Position numbers and translations under genes: made by a program. 64,000 nucleotides of DNA from an uncultured Planctomycetales bacterium. Lineage in GTDB: Bacteria > Omnitrophota > Gorgyraeia > Zapsychrales > JANLHA01. The stretch is from the NCBI GenBank assembly GCA_964374105.1, contig CAYJXI010000008.1, forward strand, positions 2,589 through 66,588, written 5' to 3'. Shown here piece by piece: positions 8,770-17,761 of the stretch; the first letter of the stretch is position 1, and each line of letters opens with the position of its first letter. A model generated the notes under the pieces. The model did no database searches, was not told where the DNA came from, and was given only the letters and a program-made list of their open reading frames with translations.

Positions 8770-9858
8770 TTGTCTTATAAAAAAGTCCTCATTATTAATA
8801 TTTTTGGTATTGGCGATGTGCTTTTTACCATCCCTTTGATGAATAATCTTAAAACCAATCTTCCGGATATCAGAATTGGCTATGTTGCTAATAGTCGAAC
8901 AGCGGGACTGCTTAAGTCTGTTCCCTATATTAATCAAGTTTTTATTTATGATCGGGATGAATATCATTCTCTTTATCAAAAGTCCAAAATTCAATTTATG
9001 AAAAAGTTTCTTCATGACCTTAAAGCCATTAAAAAGGAGGGATATGATCTTGTTTTTGATTTATCGCTCAATCCTTATGCGGGTTTGTTGATGGGACTTA
9101 TTGGAATTCGCTATCGGATTGGATTTAATTATAAAAATCGGACTCCCTTTTTAACAAAAAGAGTCCCCTTAGAGGGATATGAAGGTCGCCATGTGATTGA
9201 ATATTATCTTGATTTATTGAGAGCCTTGGGACTGAAGGTCACATCTAACCATTGGGAACTCCCTTTAGACCGCCAAGATGTGGAGTGGGTTAAAAATTTT
9301 TTGACTCAACACCGGATCGATCAGAAAGATTTAGTCATTGGGCTTTTCCCGGGAGGAGGGGCCAGCTGGGGGAAGGAGGCTCACCTGAAGCGCTGGCCAG
9401 CGGATCGATTTTCACAATTAGCTGATAAAATTATTGAAAATTTTGCTTGCTCCCTTATACTGTTGGGAGACAAGAATGAGAGAAAACTTTGTGAGGAAGT
9501 AGCTTCCTTGATGAATCATAAAGCCTCTGTGGCTTGTGGCCAATTGACCTTAGGTCAACTGGCAGCAATGTTGTCCCAATGTTCCTTAGCCATAATGAAT
9601 GATGGAGGGCCTTTGCATCTGGCGGTGGCGGTTGGGACAAAGACAGTCTCAATCTTTGGTCCGGTGGATGAAGAAGTTTATGGCCCTTACCCATTGGGGT
9701 CGCATAGTGTCGTAACTCACCCTATTGCCTGTCGACCTTGTTATCGGCAATTTCGTCGGGCAAGCTGTGAACATATCAGTTGTCTTTCTCAACTGAAAGT
9801 TGAGGGTGTTTTTGATAAAGTGAGGAAAATTATTGAAATGACTACTCTAAAGACTTAA
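8770..9858 (+). CDS. GT9-family glycosyltransferase (heptosyltransferase-like), TTG start
   Basis: N-terminal KKVLIINIFGIGDVLFTIPLMNNLK matches the heptosyltransferase RfaF/RfaC-type ILIIRLSxLGDVLxTxP motif. AAGGAG lies 11 nt upstream. Confidence 0.7.
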   Translation: MSYKKVLIINIFGIGDVLFTIPLMNNLKTNLPDIRIGYVANSRTAGLLKSVPYINQVFIYDRDEYHSLYQKSKIQFMKKFLHDLKAIKKEGYDLVFDLSLNPYAGLLMGLIGIRYRIGFNYKNRTPFLTKRVPLEGYEGRHVIEYYLDLLRALGLKVTSNHWELPLDRQDVEWVKNFLTQHRIDQKDLVIGLFPGGGASWGKEAHLKRWPADRFSQLADKIIENFACSLILLGDKNERKLCEEVASLMNHKASVACGQLTLGQLAAMLSQCSLAIMNDGGPLHLAVAVGTKTVSIFGPVDEEVYGPYPLGSHSVVTHPIACRPCYRQFRRASCEHISCLSQLKVEGVFDKVRKIIEMTTLKT

Positions 9859-9915
9859 AGAAAATTATCTAAAAATTATACTGATATTTTTTTCAAAGAA
9901 AGGTTATTGTTCTTC

Positions 9916-11016
9916 ATGCAAGTCCAATTCATTGATTTTAGAAAGCAGTATGAGGCGATCAAAGACGAAATTGATGTAGGCCTTAAGAAGGTTTTTGAGA
10001 AAGGGGATTTTATTTTAGGTAAAGAAGCCCAAGATTTTGAGGAAGAATTTGCTCAATATTGTGAGGCTCAGTATGCGGTGGGAGTTAATTCTGGAACGGA
10101 TGCCTTGTATCTGGCCCTGGCAGCCTTAGACGTTAAAGTGGGAGATGAGGTCATTTTACCTGCTTTTACTTTTATTGCCACCGCTCTGTGTATCTCCTAC
10201 GCTGGGGCCAAACCCGTATTTGTTGATATAGAACCGGAAACTTATAATCTTGATCCTAAAAAATTAAAAAAGGCTATCACTAAGAAAACAAAGGCCATTA
10301 TCCCGGTCCACATTTATGGTCAGGCGGCGGATATGAATGAAATCCTTGCTATTGCAAAGGAAAATAAACTCAAAGTCGTTGAGGACGCCGCTCAGGCCCA
10401 TGGTGCGAAGTATGAGGGAAGGAAGATCGGTTCTTTAGGGGAGGTAGCGTGTTTTAGTTTTTATCCCACCAAAGGGTTAGGGGCGTTCGGAGATGCAGGG
10501 ATGATTGTCACTAAAGATAAATCCATCTATGAAAAAGCCAAAATGTTAAGGGATTATGGCCGAATCGGCCGCTATGAACATAAAGTTAAAGGATATAATT
10601 CTCGCCTGGATACTATTCAAGCTGTTATTTTATCCGCTAAATTAAAATACTTGGATGAATGGAATGCCATGCGTGATGAAAAAGCCGCGTACTATTGTCA
10701 GCTTTTAAAAAGCAGTGATGGGGTGAAGACTCCTACGATAAAGCCTAACCGAACACACGTATTTCAGACATTTGCTATCCGAATTAAAAATCGAAATAAG
10801 ATATGTGAAGCATTAAACCAAAGAGGAATTGGCACTCTCATTCATTACCCAATTCCTTTGCATCTGCAGGAGGCCTACAAAGAATTGGGTCACAAACGGG
10901 GTGACTTTCCTATTTCAGAATTAATAGCGGATGAAATCCTTTCCCTTCCTATGTTCCCGCATATCTCAAAAAAGCAGATAGAATTTGTTTGCGATCAATT
11001 GAAGGAAGTCATCTAA
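9916..11016 (+). CDS. DegT/DnrJ/EryC1-family PLP-dependent sugar aminotransferase (Lys intact)
   Basis: MQVQFIDFRKQYEAI start typical of the family. GVNSGTDALYLAL, EDAAQAHGA and FSFYPTKGLGAFGDAGMIVT with the PLP Lys. The ATG at 9916 has an AAAGG RBS, whereas the upstream TTG at 9907 in the ORF track has poor spacing. Confidence 0.8.
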   Translation: MQVQFIDFRKQYEAIKDEIDVGLKKVFEKGDFILGKEAQDFEEEFAQYCEAQYAVGVNSGTDALYLALAALDVKVGDEVILPAFTFIATALCISYAGAKPVFVDIEPETYNLDPKKLKKAITKKTKAIIPVHIYGQAADMNEILAIAKENKLKVVEDAAQAHGAKYEGRKIGSLGEVACFSFYPTKGLGAFGDAGMIVTKDKSIYEKAKMLRDYGRIGRYEHKVKGYNSRLDTIQAVILSAKLKYLDEWNAMRDEKAAYYCQLLKSSDGVKTPTIKPNRTHVFQTFAIRIKNRNKICEALNQRGIGTLIHYPIPLHLQEAYKELGHKRGDFPISELIADEILSLPMFPHISKKQIEFVCDQLKEVI

Positions 11017-11114
11017 GCTTTTCCTAAAAACAAAGGATAAAGTTTTCCTAAAGGATATCTTTAAAGAATAACTAAATTGCTCAAACACCTTAAAGAAAAT
11101 ATTTTCCTTGGTTA

Positions 11115-11143
11115 TTGTTCCAAACTTTAACATCAAGTATACT
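11115..11143 (+). promoter_or_regulatory. Candidate sigma70-like promoter TTGTTC-N17-TATACT upstream of the GT2 gene, preceded by direct repeats TTTTCCTAAA..AAGGATA (x2)
   Basis: Hexamers and spacing read directly; the -35 is weak (3 of 6). Confidence 0.25.
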
Positions 11144-11160
11144 AAGAAAGTTATTAAATC

Positions 11161-11991
11161 ATGAAGAAGGTCAATCTCTCGGTTGTTATTCTTACAAAAA
11201 ACGAAGAAAATAATATTGAAAGTTGCCTGTCGAGTGTTCATGACTGGGCAGATGAGATTATTGTTGTTGATGATGAAAGTACCGATCAAACTTTAACGAT
11301 TGCGGAAAATTATGCTGATCAGATACTTAAACGCAAGATGGAGAATGAAGGAAGCCATCGAAACTGGGCTTATCAAAAGGCAAAGCATGAGTGGGTCCTC
11401 AGCCTTGATGCCGATGAAATGGTGACTGAGGAATTACAACGGGAGATTGAGGACAATTTAAAGGATAACGACTGTGCCGCCTTTGCTATACCTTTAAGGA
11501 CTTACATCGGTGATTACTGGGTCAAATATGGGGGATGGTATCCGGCTAGCAAGATCCGTTTGTTTAAGAAAACCAAATTCCGTTACGAAGAGGTCGAAGT
11601 CCATCCCCGGGCCTTTGTGGATGGGAAAGCGGGAAGTTTAACGAAAGATATTATCCATAAAGGGTATCCCGATTTCGAACATTTCTTAGCGAGTCTCAAT
11701 CGCCAGACAACTTTAGAGGCCCAAAAATGGATTCGAACGGGACAAAGAATCACAACCGGACGGATTGTCCGTCGATCGGTTGACCGATTCTTCCGAACCC
11801 TCATCCGTAAAAGGAGTTTCAAAGACGGTTTTATGGGATTTATGATTGCGTATTTTGCCTCTTTGTACCAAGTGATGAGTTTTGCAAAATACTGGGAAAT
11901 GAAAAGAAAGCTATCAGCTCACAGCCTTCAGAAACCAGATGAAAAACTGAATACTGAAGGCTTAAGGTCTGAAAGCTCTAACGGAGTATAA
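11161..11991 (+). CDS. GT2-family glycosyltransferase with a C-terminal about 25-aa tail encoded by a palindromic repeat element
   Basis: LSVVILTKNEENNIESCL...IIVVDDESTDQT GT2 signature. The last about 80 nt coincide with the second copy of the AGCTATCAGC palindrome. Confidence 0.8.
   Translation: MKKVNLSVVILTKNEENNIESCLSSVHDWADEIIVVDDESTDQTLTIAENYADQILKRKMENEGSHRNWAYQKAKHEWVLSLDADEMVTEELQREIEDNLKDNDCAAFAIPLRTYIGDYWVKYGGWYPASKIRLFKKTKFRYEEVEVHPRAFVDGKAGSLTKDIIHKGYPDFEHFLASLNRQTTLEAQKWIRTGQRITTGRIVRRSVDRFFRTLIRKRSFKDGFMGFMIAYFASLYQVMSFAKYWEMKRKLSAHSLQKPDEKLNTEGLRSESSNGV
11908..11975. repeat. Second copy of the AGCTATCAGC...CTGAAGGCT palindromic element, embedded in the 3' end of the GT2 CDS
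   Basis: AAGCTATCAGCTCACAGCCTTCAG at 11908-11931 versus AAGCTATCAGCTGTCAGCTTTCAG at 3356-3379. The partner arm CTGAAGGCT...TCTGAAAGCT follows. Confidence 0.5.
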
Positions 11992-11994
11992 AAG

Positions 11995-12549
11995 ATGAAA
12001 GTGGTCTTTCTCGATCGGGATGGCGTGATCAATGAGTTCCCAGGTAACGGGAGTTATGTCACGAAGGTTAAGGATTTTCGCTTTATCCCAAGATCGCTAG
12101 AAGCCTTGAGGATGTTGACGCAATCAGGATACACCATTTTTGTTGTTTCCAATCAGGCGGGTGTGGGCAAGGGAATTTATAGTCGAGATAAATTAAAAAG
12201 TATCACCCGCTTTATGCACAAGGAAGCCCATAAGATGGGAGGAAAGATTAAAAGAGTCTTTTATTGCACGCATACTCCTCAAGCTGGTTGTGGTTGTCGC
12301 AAGCCTGACATTGGTTCCATTCGTAAGGCCTTGGGTTCACTGAAGAAATCGATGCGGTCAGCAAGGAAAGCCTTTTTTGTAGGAGATACCGGGGTGGACA
12401 TTGAGACGGGGTACAATGCCGGCTGCAAGACGATCTTTGTTCTCTCAGGACGGGAAGATCGTGGATATATGAGGAAATGGAGTGTACGTCCGGATTATAT
12501 TGTTAAAGATCTTTATGAGGCCGCAAAGATTATCCTTAAGTTAAGATAA
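11995..12549 (+). CDS. gmhB: D-glycero-D-manno-heptose 1,7-bisphosphate phosphatase (HAD family)
   Basis: FLDRDGVIN HAD motif I and the CTHTPQAGCGCRKP zinc-binding signature specific to GmhB. Confidence 0.85.
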   Translation: MKVVFLDRDGVINEFPGNGSYVTKVKDFRFIPRSLEALRMLTQSGYTIFVVSNQAGVGKGIYSRDKLKSITRFMHKEAHKMGGKIKRVFYCTHTPQAGCGCRKPDIGSIRKALGSLKKSMRSARKAFFVGDTGVDIETGYNAGCKTIFVLSGREDRGYMRKWSVRPDYIVKDLYEAAKIILKLR

Positions 12550-12611
12550 GGTGTCCACTTTTTTGGTTAGCCATTCTCATTTTTTAGACCAATTGATGGG
12601 CCTAGATAATC

Positions 12612-13700
12612 ATGAAAATCCTTGTCATTTACGCCACTGCCGGTGCCGGTCACAGAAGAGCCGCCGAAGCCATCTATCAAGGTCTTAAGTCTTCCCCTCA
12701 ATTTCAAGTTACCCTGGCGGATGTTTTGGATCATACCAATCGTTTTTACAAAATTCTTTACAGTGGGACCTATACATTTTTTATCTCAAAGATTCCTCCG
12801 GTTTGGGGGATTTTATTTCAAATTTTAGATTGTCGCTCTTTATTACCGATAATCAATTTATTCCGTCGCACCTTTAATGCGATCAATGCGAGGAGATTTC
12901 ATCACTTTCTCGTGAAAGAAAATTTTGATTATATCCTTTCAACCCATTTTTTCCCAAACGAGGTGGCCGCTTATCTGAAACGAAAGGGTTTGATCCGTTC
13001 TCAAATTATTTCCGTTATCACGGATTATGATGTCCATCAAATTTGGCTGGCCGAAGGAATTGATTATTATTGTGTCGCTTGCGAACTCACGAAAAGAAAA
13101 TTGTTACAATTGGGAATCAAAGAAAATTACGTTGTCATAACCGGTATTCCGGTAGATGAAAAGTTTATTCAGCCATGGAATAAAGCGGAATTGAGAAAGA
13201 AACTTGGTCTTAAGGAGAATATTTTCACCGTGTTGGTGGCCACCGGATCCTTTGGGATCGGCCCGATTGAGGAGATCATCAATCTTTCTCTGCCTTTGGG
13301 TTTTCAGGTTATTGTTGTGTGCGGTCACAATAAGGTCCTTTATGATCGCCTGAGTCGGTCGGTGAGAGTGGGAGGGAAAATATACGGTTTGGTGAAAAAC
13401 ATGGATGAATTGATGGCGGTGAGTGATATGATGATCACCAAACCGGGAGGGTTATCGATCACCGAGGCCCTCGTTACTGGCCTTCCGTTGATTTTTTTTA
13501 GTGCCATACCTGGACAAGAGACAAATAATATTAAAATTCTATCTCAATATGGTGTTGGCCGTAGCGGTTCCTTGGAAGGGATAGGAAATGTTCTTAAGTC
13601 GTTGGGAGATTCACCATCGGAATATCAAAATCTTAAAGAGAAAATTAAGGCCATCGCCAGACCGCATGCTGTCAAAGATATCATCGCCCTGATTCAATAA
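12612..13700 (+). CDS. Diacylglycerol glycosyltransferase (MGDG-synthase / UgtP-like, GT28)
   Basis: N-terminus MKILVIYATAGAGHRRAAEAI (MGDG synthase domain). C-terminal ITKPGGLSITEAL GT28 motif. Confidence 0.7.
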   Translation: MKILVIYATAGAGHRRAAEAIYQGLKSSPQFQVTLADVLDHTNRFYKILYSGTYTFFISKIPPVWGILFQILDCRSLLPIINLFRRTFNAINARRFHHFLVKENFDYILSTHFFPNEVAAYLKRKGLIRSQIISVITDYDVHQIWLAEGIDYYCVACELTKRKLLQLGIKENYVVITGIPVDEKFIQPWNKAELRKKLGLKENIFTVLVATGSFGIGPIEEIINLSLPLGFQVIVVCGHNKVLYDRLSRSVRVGGKIYGLVKNMDELMAVSDMMITKPGGLSITEALVTGLPLIFFSAIPGQETNNIKILSQYGVGRSGSLEGIGNVLKSLGDSPSEYQNLKEKIKAIARPHAVKDIIALIQ

Positions 13701-13721
13701 ATTCTCTCATTTTCGAATTTC

Positions 13722-15569
13722 ATGAAGAAAAAGATTGCCCAAGTTGTTTTTGGCCTTCCTCTGGAAGGTCCCTTTGATTATTTAATCCCAGAAGATGGGC
13801 AGGCAAAAATCAGTCTAGGGCAACGAGTCTATGTCTCATTTCAAAATCGATATAAAGTTGGTTATGTGGTAGGATTTCGAAAACAAAGTCCTTACCCAAA
13901 GTTGAAAACAATCCTCACTCCATTGGACAATGGCCCGGTCTTAAACGCAAAGGCATTGAAGTTAACAAAGACCTTTTCTGACTATTATGGGTGTTCTTGG
14001 GGGGAGGCCATTGAAACGAGCTTGCCCCTTGCCTTACGTCGAAAACAGCCTATGCCATTTTCATTGCCTCCTCAACAAAAGAACAGTTTTGTTACCAAGG
14101 CAGAGATTGTTTTATGCCACGATCAGGGGCTAACGGGCCGATGGCCATTTTTAATCCAACAAATAAAAGAAAATTTAGGGCATCACAAAGGTGTTATTTT
14201 TCTTGTCCCGATAGTCTCGCTTATCAAAAAGATTCAAAAGATCCTGCAAGATAAACTAGACTTTTCCATAACAGTATTGGATCGGCAATTAACAAATAAA
14301 GAAGAAAGAGACCAATGGAGAAACATCTTAGAAGGAAAGGTTAAGATGGTTATAGGGACTCGTTCCGCGATTTTTACCCCGGTTGCCGATTTAGGACTCA
14401 TCATTGTTTATGAAGAAGAACACACCTCTTATAAACAGGAACAATCCCCTTTTTATCACGTGCGCGAGGTCGCTTTGATGCGAAGAAAGATTGAAGACTG
14501 TTCTTTGATCTTCGTGAGTTCTTATCCCAGTACCGAAGTCTGGTGGCAGGCTAAAAAGAAAAAGATTAATTTAAGGTCATTCCCTTCAGAATATTTAAGT
14601 CCCATACAATGGCTAGATCTTTCTAATTATAAACCTCGCAGGAGATCCACCATCTCCTTTCCTCTGCAAAACAGCATTCAAACAACACTTGATCAACAGG
14701 GGAAAAGCCTGTTGTATTATAATCGTCGAGGATTTAGTACCATCACCCTTTGTCATCAGTGTGGATTTATCGTCACCTGTCCACGTTGCCAGGTGAATTT
14801 AAGTTATTTGTATTCTCAAAAAAAGTTGATATGTCATTTGTGTCAAAAATCGATAGAGGTGCCTAAGGTTTGTCCAAATTGTCAGGGAAGTTACTTGCAT
14901 CATCTGGGGAGGGGAATTGAAAAGGTGGCCAGTGAGGTGTCCCTTTATTTTCCCCAAGCGCGGGTGGCTAAATATGACCGAGAGACACAGAAAATCCCTT
15001 TAGATTTCGATATCTTGGTGGCAACTCAAGCCGTTTTTAAAGATCTTGATCATCTTTCCATTGATCTTGTGGGGGTTTTGGAAATCGATTCCCAATTTAA
15101 TCGCCTGGATTTTCGTAGTGCGCAGAAGGTCTTTGCCCTTTTGTATCAATTCCGACAGTATGCAAAGGAAAAGATAGTGGTACAAACCTTTTTAAAAGAT
15201 AACTATTGTTTGCAGGCCGTTGCAACAGCAGATTTCGGGAAATTTTATCAAAAGGAATTGGAATTTTTAAAAGAATTGGGATTCCCTCCTTTTCAACATC
15301 TCATTCACATCGGATTTCGTGGACCTAAAGAAGAAATCGTCTTACAGCAGGCAAAGGATTTTTATGAAAGACTTATTGAAAAGAATTGGAAAGATGCCGA
15401 GTTAACCACTCCCCAGGCCGATCTTGTTAAGAAATTGCGTGATCAATATCGTTTTATTATCGTGTTAAAATGTTCCAAGGTGATTCCGGCTATTTCCTCA
15501 ATCAAATCGGTGATCAAGACTTTTAGAAGAAAACGGGGTGTGATTGTAACCATTAATGTGGATCCATAA
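13722..15569 (+). CDS. priA: Primosomal protein N' (PriA) with conserved Cys-rich Zn region but an apparently degenerate Walker A
   Basis: FDYLIPE 3'-DNA-binding domain start, GTRSAIFTP, and an 8-Cys CxxC cluster (CHQCGFIVTCPRCQ...CHLCQ...CPNCQ). The region aligning to GVTGSGKT reads HDQGLTGRW, and DEEH reads YEEEH. Confidence 0.75.
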   Translation: MKKKIAQVVFGLPLEGPFDYLIPEDGQAKISLGQRVYVSFQNRYKVGYVVGFRKQSPYPKLKTILTPLDNGPVLNAKALKLTKTFSDYYGCSWGEAIETSLPLALRRKQPMPFSLPPQQKNSFVTKAEIVLCHDQGLTGRWPFLIQQIKENLGHHKGVIFLVPIVSLIKKIQKILQDKLDFSITVLDRQLTNKEERDQWRNILEGKVKMVIGTRSAIFTPVADLGLIIVYEEEHTSYKQEQSPFYHVREVALMRRKIEDCSLIFVSSYPSTEVWWQAKKKKINLRSFPSEYLSPIQWLDLSNYKPRRRSTISFPLQNSIQTTLDQQGKSLLYYNRRGFSTITLCHQCGFIVTCPRCQVNLSYLYSQKKLICHLCQKSIEVPKVCPNCQGSYLHHLGRGIEKVASEVSLYFPQARVAKYDRETQKIPLDFDILVATQAVFKDLDHLSIDLVGVLEIDSQFNRLDFRSAQKVFALLYQFRQYAKEKIVVQTFLKDNYCLQAVATADFGKFYQKELEFLKELGFPPFQHLIHIGFRGPKEEIVLQQAKDFYERLIEKNWKDAELTTPQADLVKKLRDQYRFIIVLKCSKVIPAISSIKSVIKTFRRKRGVIVTINVDP

Positions 15570-15584
15570 ACCGTGGCCAGTGAC

Positions 15585-15623
15585 CAGTGACCCGTGACTC
15601 GGATCACCGGTCACGGGTCACTG
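15585..15623 (+). repeat. Strong hairpin with a 14-17 bp stem (CAGTGACCCGTGAC / GTCACGGGTCACTG, loop ATCA) immediately upstream of the fmt RBS, preceded by tandem CAGTGAC heptamers
   Basis: Read directly. There is no downstream T-run, so this is not a classic terminator. Confidence 0.5.
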
Positions 15624-15637
15624 TAAAGAGGTCATGC

Positions 15638-16570
15638 ATGAAAATTATCTTTTTTGGGAGTGATGATTTTGCTGCATTTCACTTAAATCAACTCCTATCT
15701 TCAGAACACGAAGTGGTGGCTTGTGTCACCCATCCGGATGTCCTCAAAGGGAGGGGATTAAAAATGATCTCTTCCCCAGTTAAAGAGGTAGCGATCCAAG
15801 AGAAGATTCCACTTTATCAACCTCTTCATCTGAAAGAAGACTCATTTCTCCATCCCTTAAAAGATTTGCGATGTGATCTTTTTGTGGTTGTCAGTTTTGG
15901 GAAAATTTTACCTCCCAGCCTTCTTTTTATCCCTTATGTTTGCGCCATCAATGTCCATGGATCCTTACTCCCGAAATATCGAGGGGCCGCGCCGATCAAT
16001 TGGGCTATTATCAAGGGGGAGGAAGAAACCGGTGTCTCTATTATTAAGATGAATGCCCAGCTAGATCAAGGAGATATCTTCGCTCAAGAAAAAATCAAAA
16101 TAGCGGGTGATGATACAGCTGTAACATTAAGATCCCAAATGGCTGTCTTGGGGGCAGAACTTCTTCTTAGAACCATTAATTCTTTGGAAAACAATTCTTA
16201 TTCTCTAGCAGTACAGGATCAGCAGAAGGCTACTTACGCCCCCAAACTCGCTAAACAACTTGGGAAAATCGATTGGAAGAAATCTTCTTTAGAGATTCAC
16301 AATCTGGTTCGGGGTCTTCTTCCGTGGCCAACGGCTTTTACCTATTGTCGAGGTCAATTGCTTAAGATTTTAGAGACAAAAGTAGTGGATATCAAAAAGT
16401 CAACTTCTGCTTGCGGGACGGTGGTGGGAATCACGCAAGAAGGATTCCACGTTGAGACTGGGAAGGGACAATTGCTTATCAAAAAGGTCCATCCTGAGTC
16501 CTCCAAAGTCATGGAGGCGCGCAGTTTCATGGTGGGATATAAAATTCAAGAAGGGCTTTTATTGGGCTAA
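15638..16570 (+). CDS. fmt: Methionyl-tRNA formyltransferase
   Basis: MKIIFFGSDDFA start with AAAGAGG RBS. HGSLLPKYRGAAPINWAIIKGE catalytic motif. The ORF-track start at 15587 runs through the hairpin and is unlikely. Confidence 0.85.
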   Translation: MKIIFFGSDDFAAFHLNQLLSSEHEVVACVTHPDVLKGRGLKMISSPVKEVAIQEKIPLYQPLHLKEDSFLHPLKDLRCDLFVVVSFGKILPPSLLFIPYVCAINVHGSLLPKYRGAAPINWAIIKGEEETGVSIIKMNAQLDQGDIFAQEKIKIAGDDTAVTLRSQMAVLGAELLLRTINSLENNSYSLAVQDQQKATYAPKLAKQLGKIDWKKSSLEIHNLVRGLLPWPTAFTYCRGQLLKILETKVVDIKKSTSACGTVVGITQEGFHVETGKGQLLIKKVHPESSKVMEARSFMVGYKIQEGLLLG

Positions 16571-16584
16571 ATTAGTGTCAGAAA

Positions 16585-16638
16585 GGGGACGGTTCTATTT
16601 ACAAAGGATTGGGTAAGAAAAAAAATAGGACCGTCCCC
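16585..16638 (+). terminator. Hairpin after fmt (GGGGACGGTTCTATTT / AAATAGGACCGTCCCC, 22-nt loop), member of a GGGGACRG hairpin family
   Basis: 15 of 16 bp pair. There is no clear T-run. Confidence 0.4.
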
Positions 16639-16648
16639 ATATCTATTA

Positions 16649-16657
16649 TGATATAAT
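16649..16657 (+). promoter_or_regulatory. Extended -10 element TGaTATAAT upstream of the galT-like pair
   Basis: Perfect TGnTATAAT read at 16649-16657, about 90 nt upstream of the ATG at 16745. Confidence 0.35.
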
Positions 16658-16744
16658 TCTACGACTCAAACTTGCATGTCGCTGATTGTTTTTAAAGAGT
16701 CTTCAATTTAAAGAATAATTTATCTTTTAATTTACAATCTCCCT

Positions 16745-17761
16745 ATGCCTGAATTACGCAAAGATCCAGTGGTTGGTCGGTGGGTCATTATTGCCACCGA
16801 ACGGGCAAGGCGACCGGGTTCCTTTATCGGCCAGCAAGATAACAATTTTGATCCGAATCAAAAATGCCAATTCTGTAATAATCAAGATCCAGAAATTTAC
16901 GCCATTAAAGCTCAAGGATTTCAGGGGAATGGGGCTTGGCAGATCCGGGTTGTTCCCAGTGGAACGCCTTTATTGAAAATGGACACTTCGTTTAAACGAC
17001 GGGGACATGGACTTTATGATGTGGTCAACGGATATGGTGTCCATGAAGTTGTTATAGAAACCCCCCAGCACATTGCCAATATGGCGGATTTGGATTTTAA
17101 ACAGATTCAGCTGGTTCTTGAGACGTATGTCGTACGATTCAATGAATTGGAAAAGAATCCGAATTTTCAATATGTGATTGCCTACAAAAATTATGGCTGG
17201 GCAGCGGGAAGTCGAAGAATTGGCCATTCCCGCTCTCAGATTATCGCCACCCCCGTCAATCCCTTAAGAGTCAAAGAAAAATTGATTGGGGCGAAACGCT
17301 ATTTTGATCTCCATGATCGCTGTCTTTATTGTGATCTGATCCTCCAGGAAAGGGAAATAAAAAAGAGGGTGGTGGTGGAATCAGAACATTTTTTAGCGGT
17401 TACACCTTTTGCTCCGCGTTTTGCTTTTGAGATCTGGATTCTCCCTAAGAAACATCATTGTGATTTTGCTAAAGGGATCATCGGTCAACAAGAGGATCTG
17501 GCCAAGGTTTTAAAGGAAATTTTATTAAGACTTAAAGTAGGGATTGATGATCCATCTTACAATTATGTGATTCATACGGCTCCTTTCCGTCATGGCGAAA
17601 AGGGACAGCGTTGGAAAACGATCGAGGAAGATTATCACTGGCACATTGAGGTTATGCCCAGATTAACCCGAGCGGCTGGATTTGAGAAGGGGACAGGGTT
17701 TTATATCTGTTCTATTCCCCCCGAAAATACGGCTGAGTATTTGCGCGAGGTACAGATTTAA
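16745..17761 (+). CDS. Galactose-1-phosphate uridylyltransferase-family protein (HIT-like GalT, type 1), paralog 1; nucleophilic His replaced by Arg
   Basis: ELRKDPVVGRWVIIATERARRP and the CQFC Zn motif. The active-site region is GHSRSQII where the paralog has HAHSQII. Confidence 0.7.
   Translation: MPELRKDPVVGRWVIIATERARRPGSFIGQQDNNFDPNQKCQFCNNQDPEIYAIKAQGFQGNGAWQIRVVPSGTPLLKMDTSFKRRGHGLYDVVNGYGVHEVVIETPQHIANMADLDFKQIQLVLETYVVRFNELEKNPNFQYVIAYKNYGWAAGSRRIGHSRSQIIATPVNPLRVKEKLIGAKRYFDLHDRCLYCDLILQEREIKKRVVVESEHFLAVTPFAPRFAFEIWILPKKHHCDFAKGIIGQQEDLAKVLKEILLRLKVGIDDPSYNYVIHTAPFRHGEKGQRWKTIEEDYHWHIEVMPRLTRAAGFEKGTGFYICSIPPENTAEYLREVQI

Noticed and set aside
15577-15598. Tandem heptamer CAGTGAC x3 as a microsatellite or regulatory iteron
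   Set aside because: Only three units, and they form one arm of the hairpin upstream of fmt. They are better explained as part of that stem.
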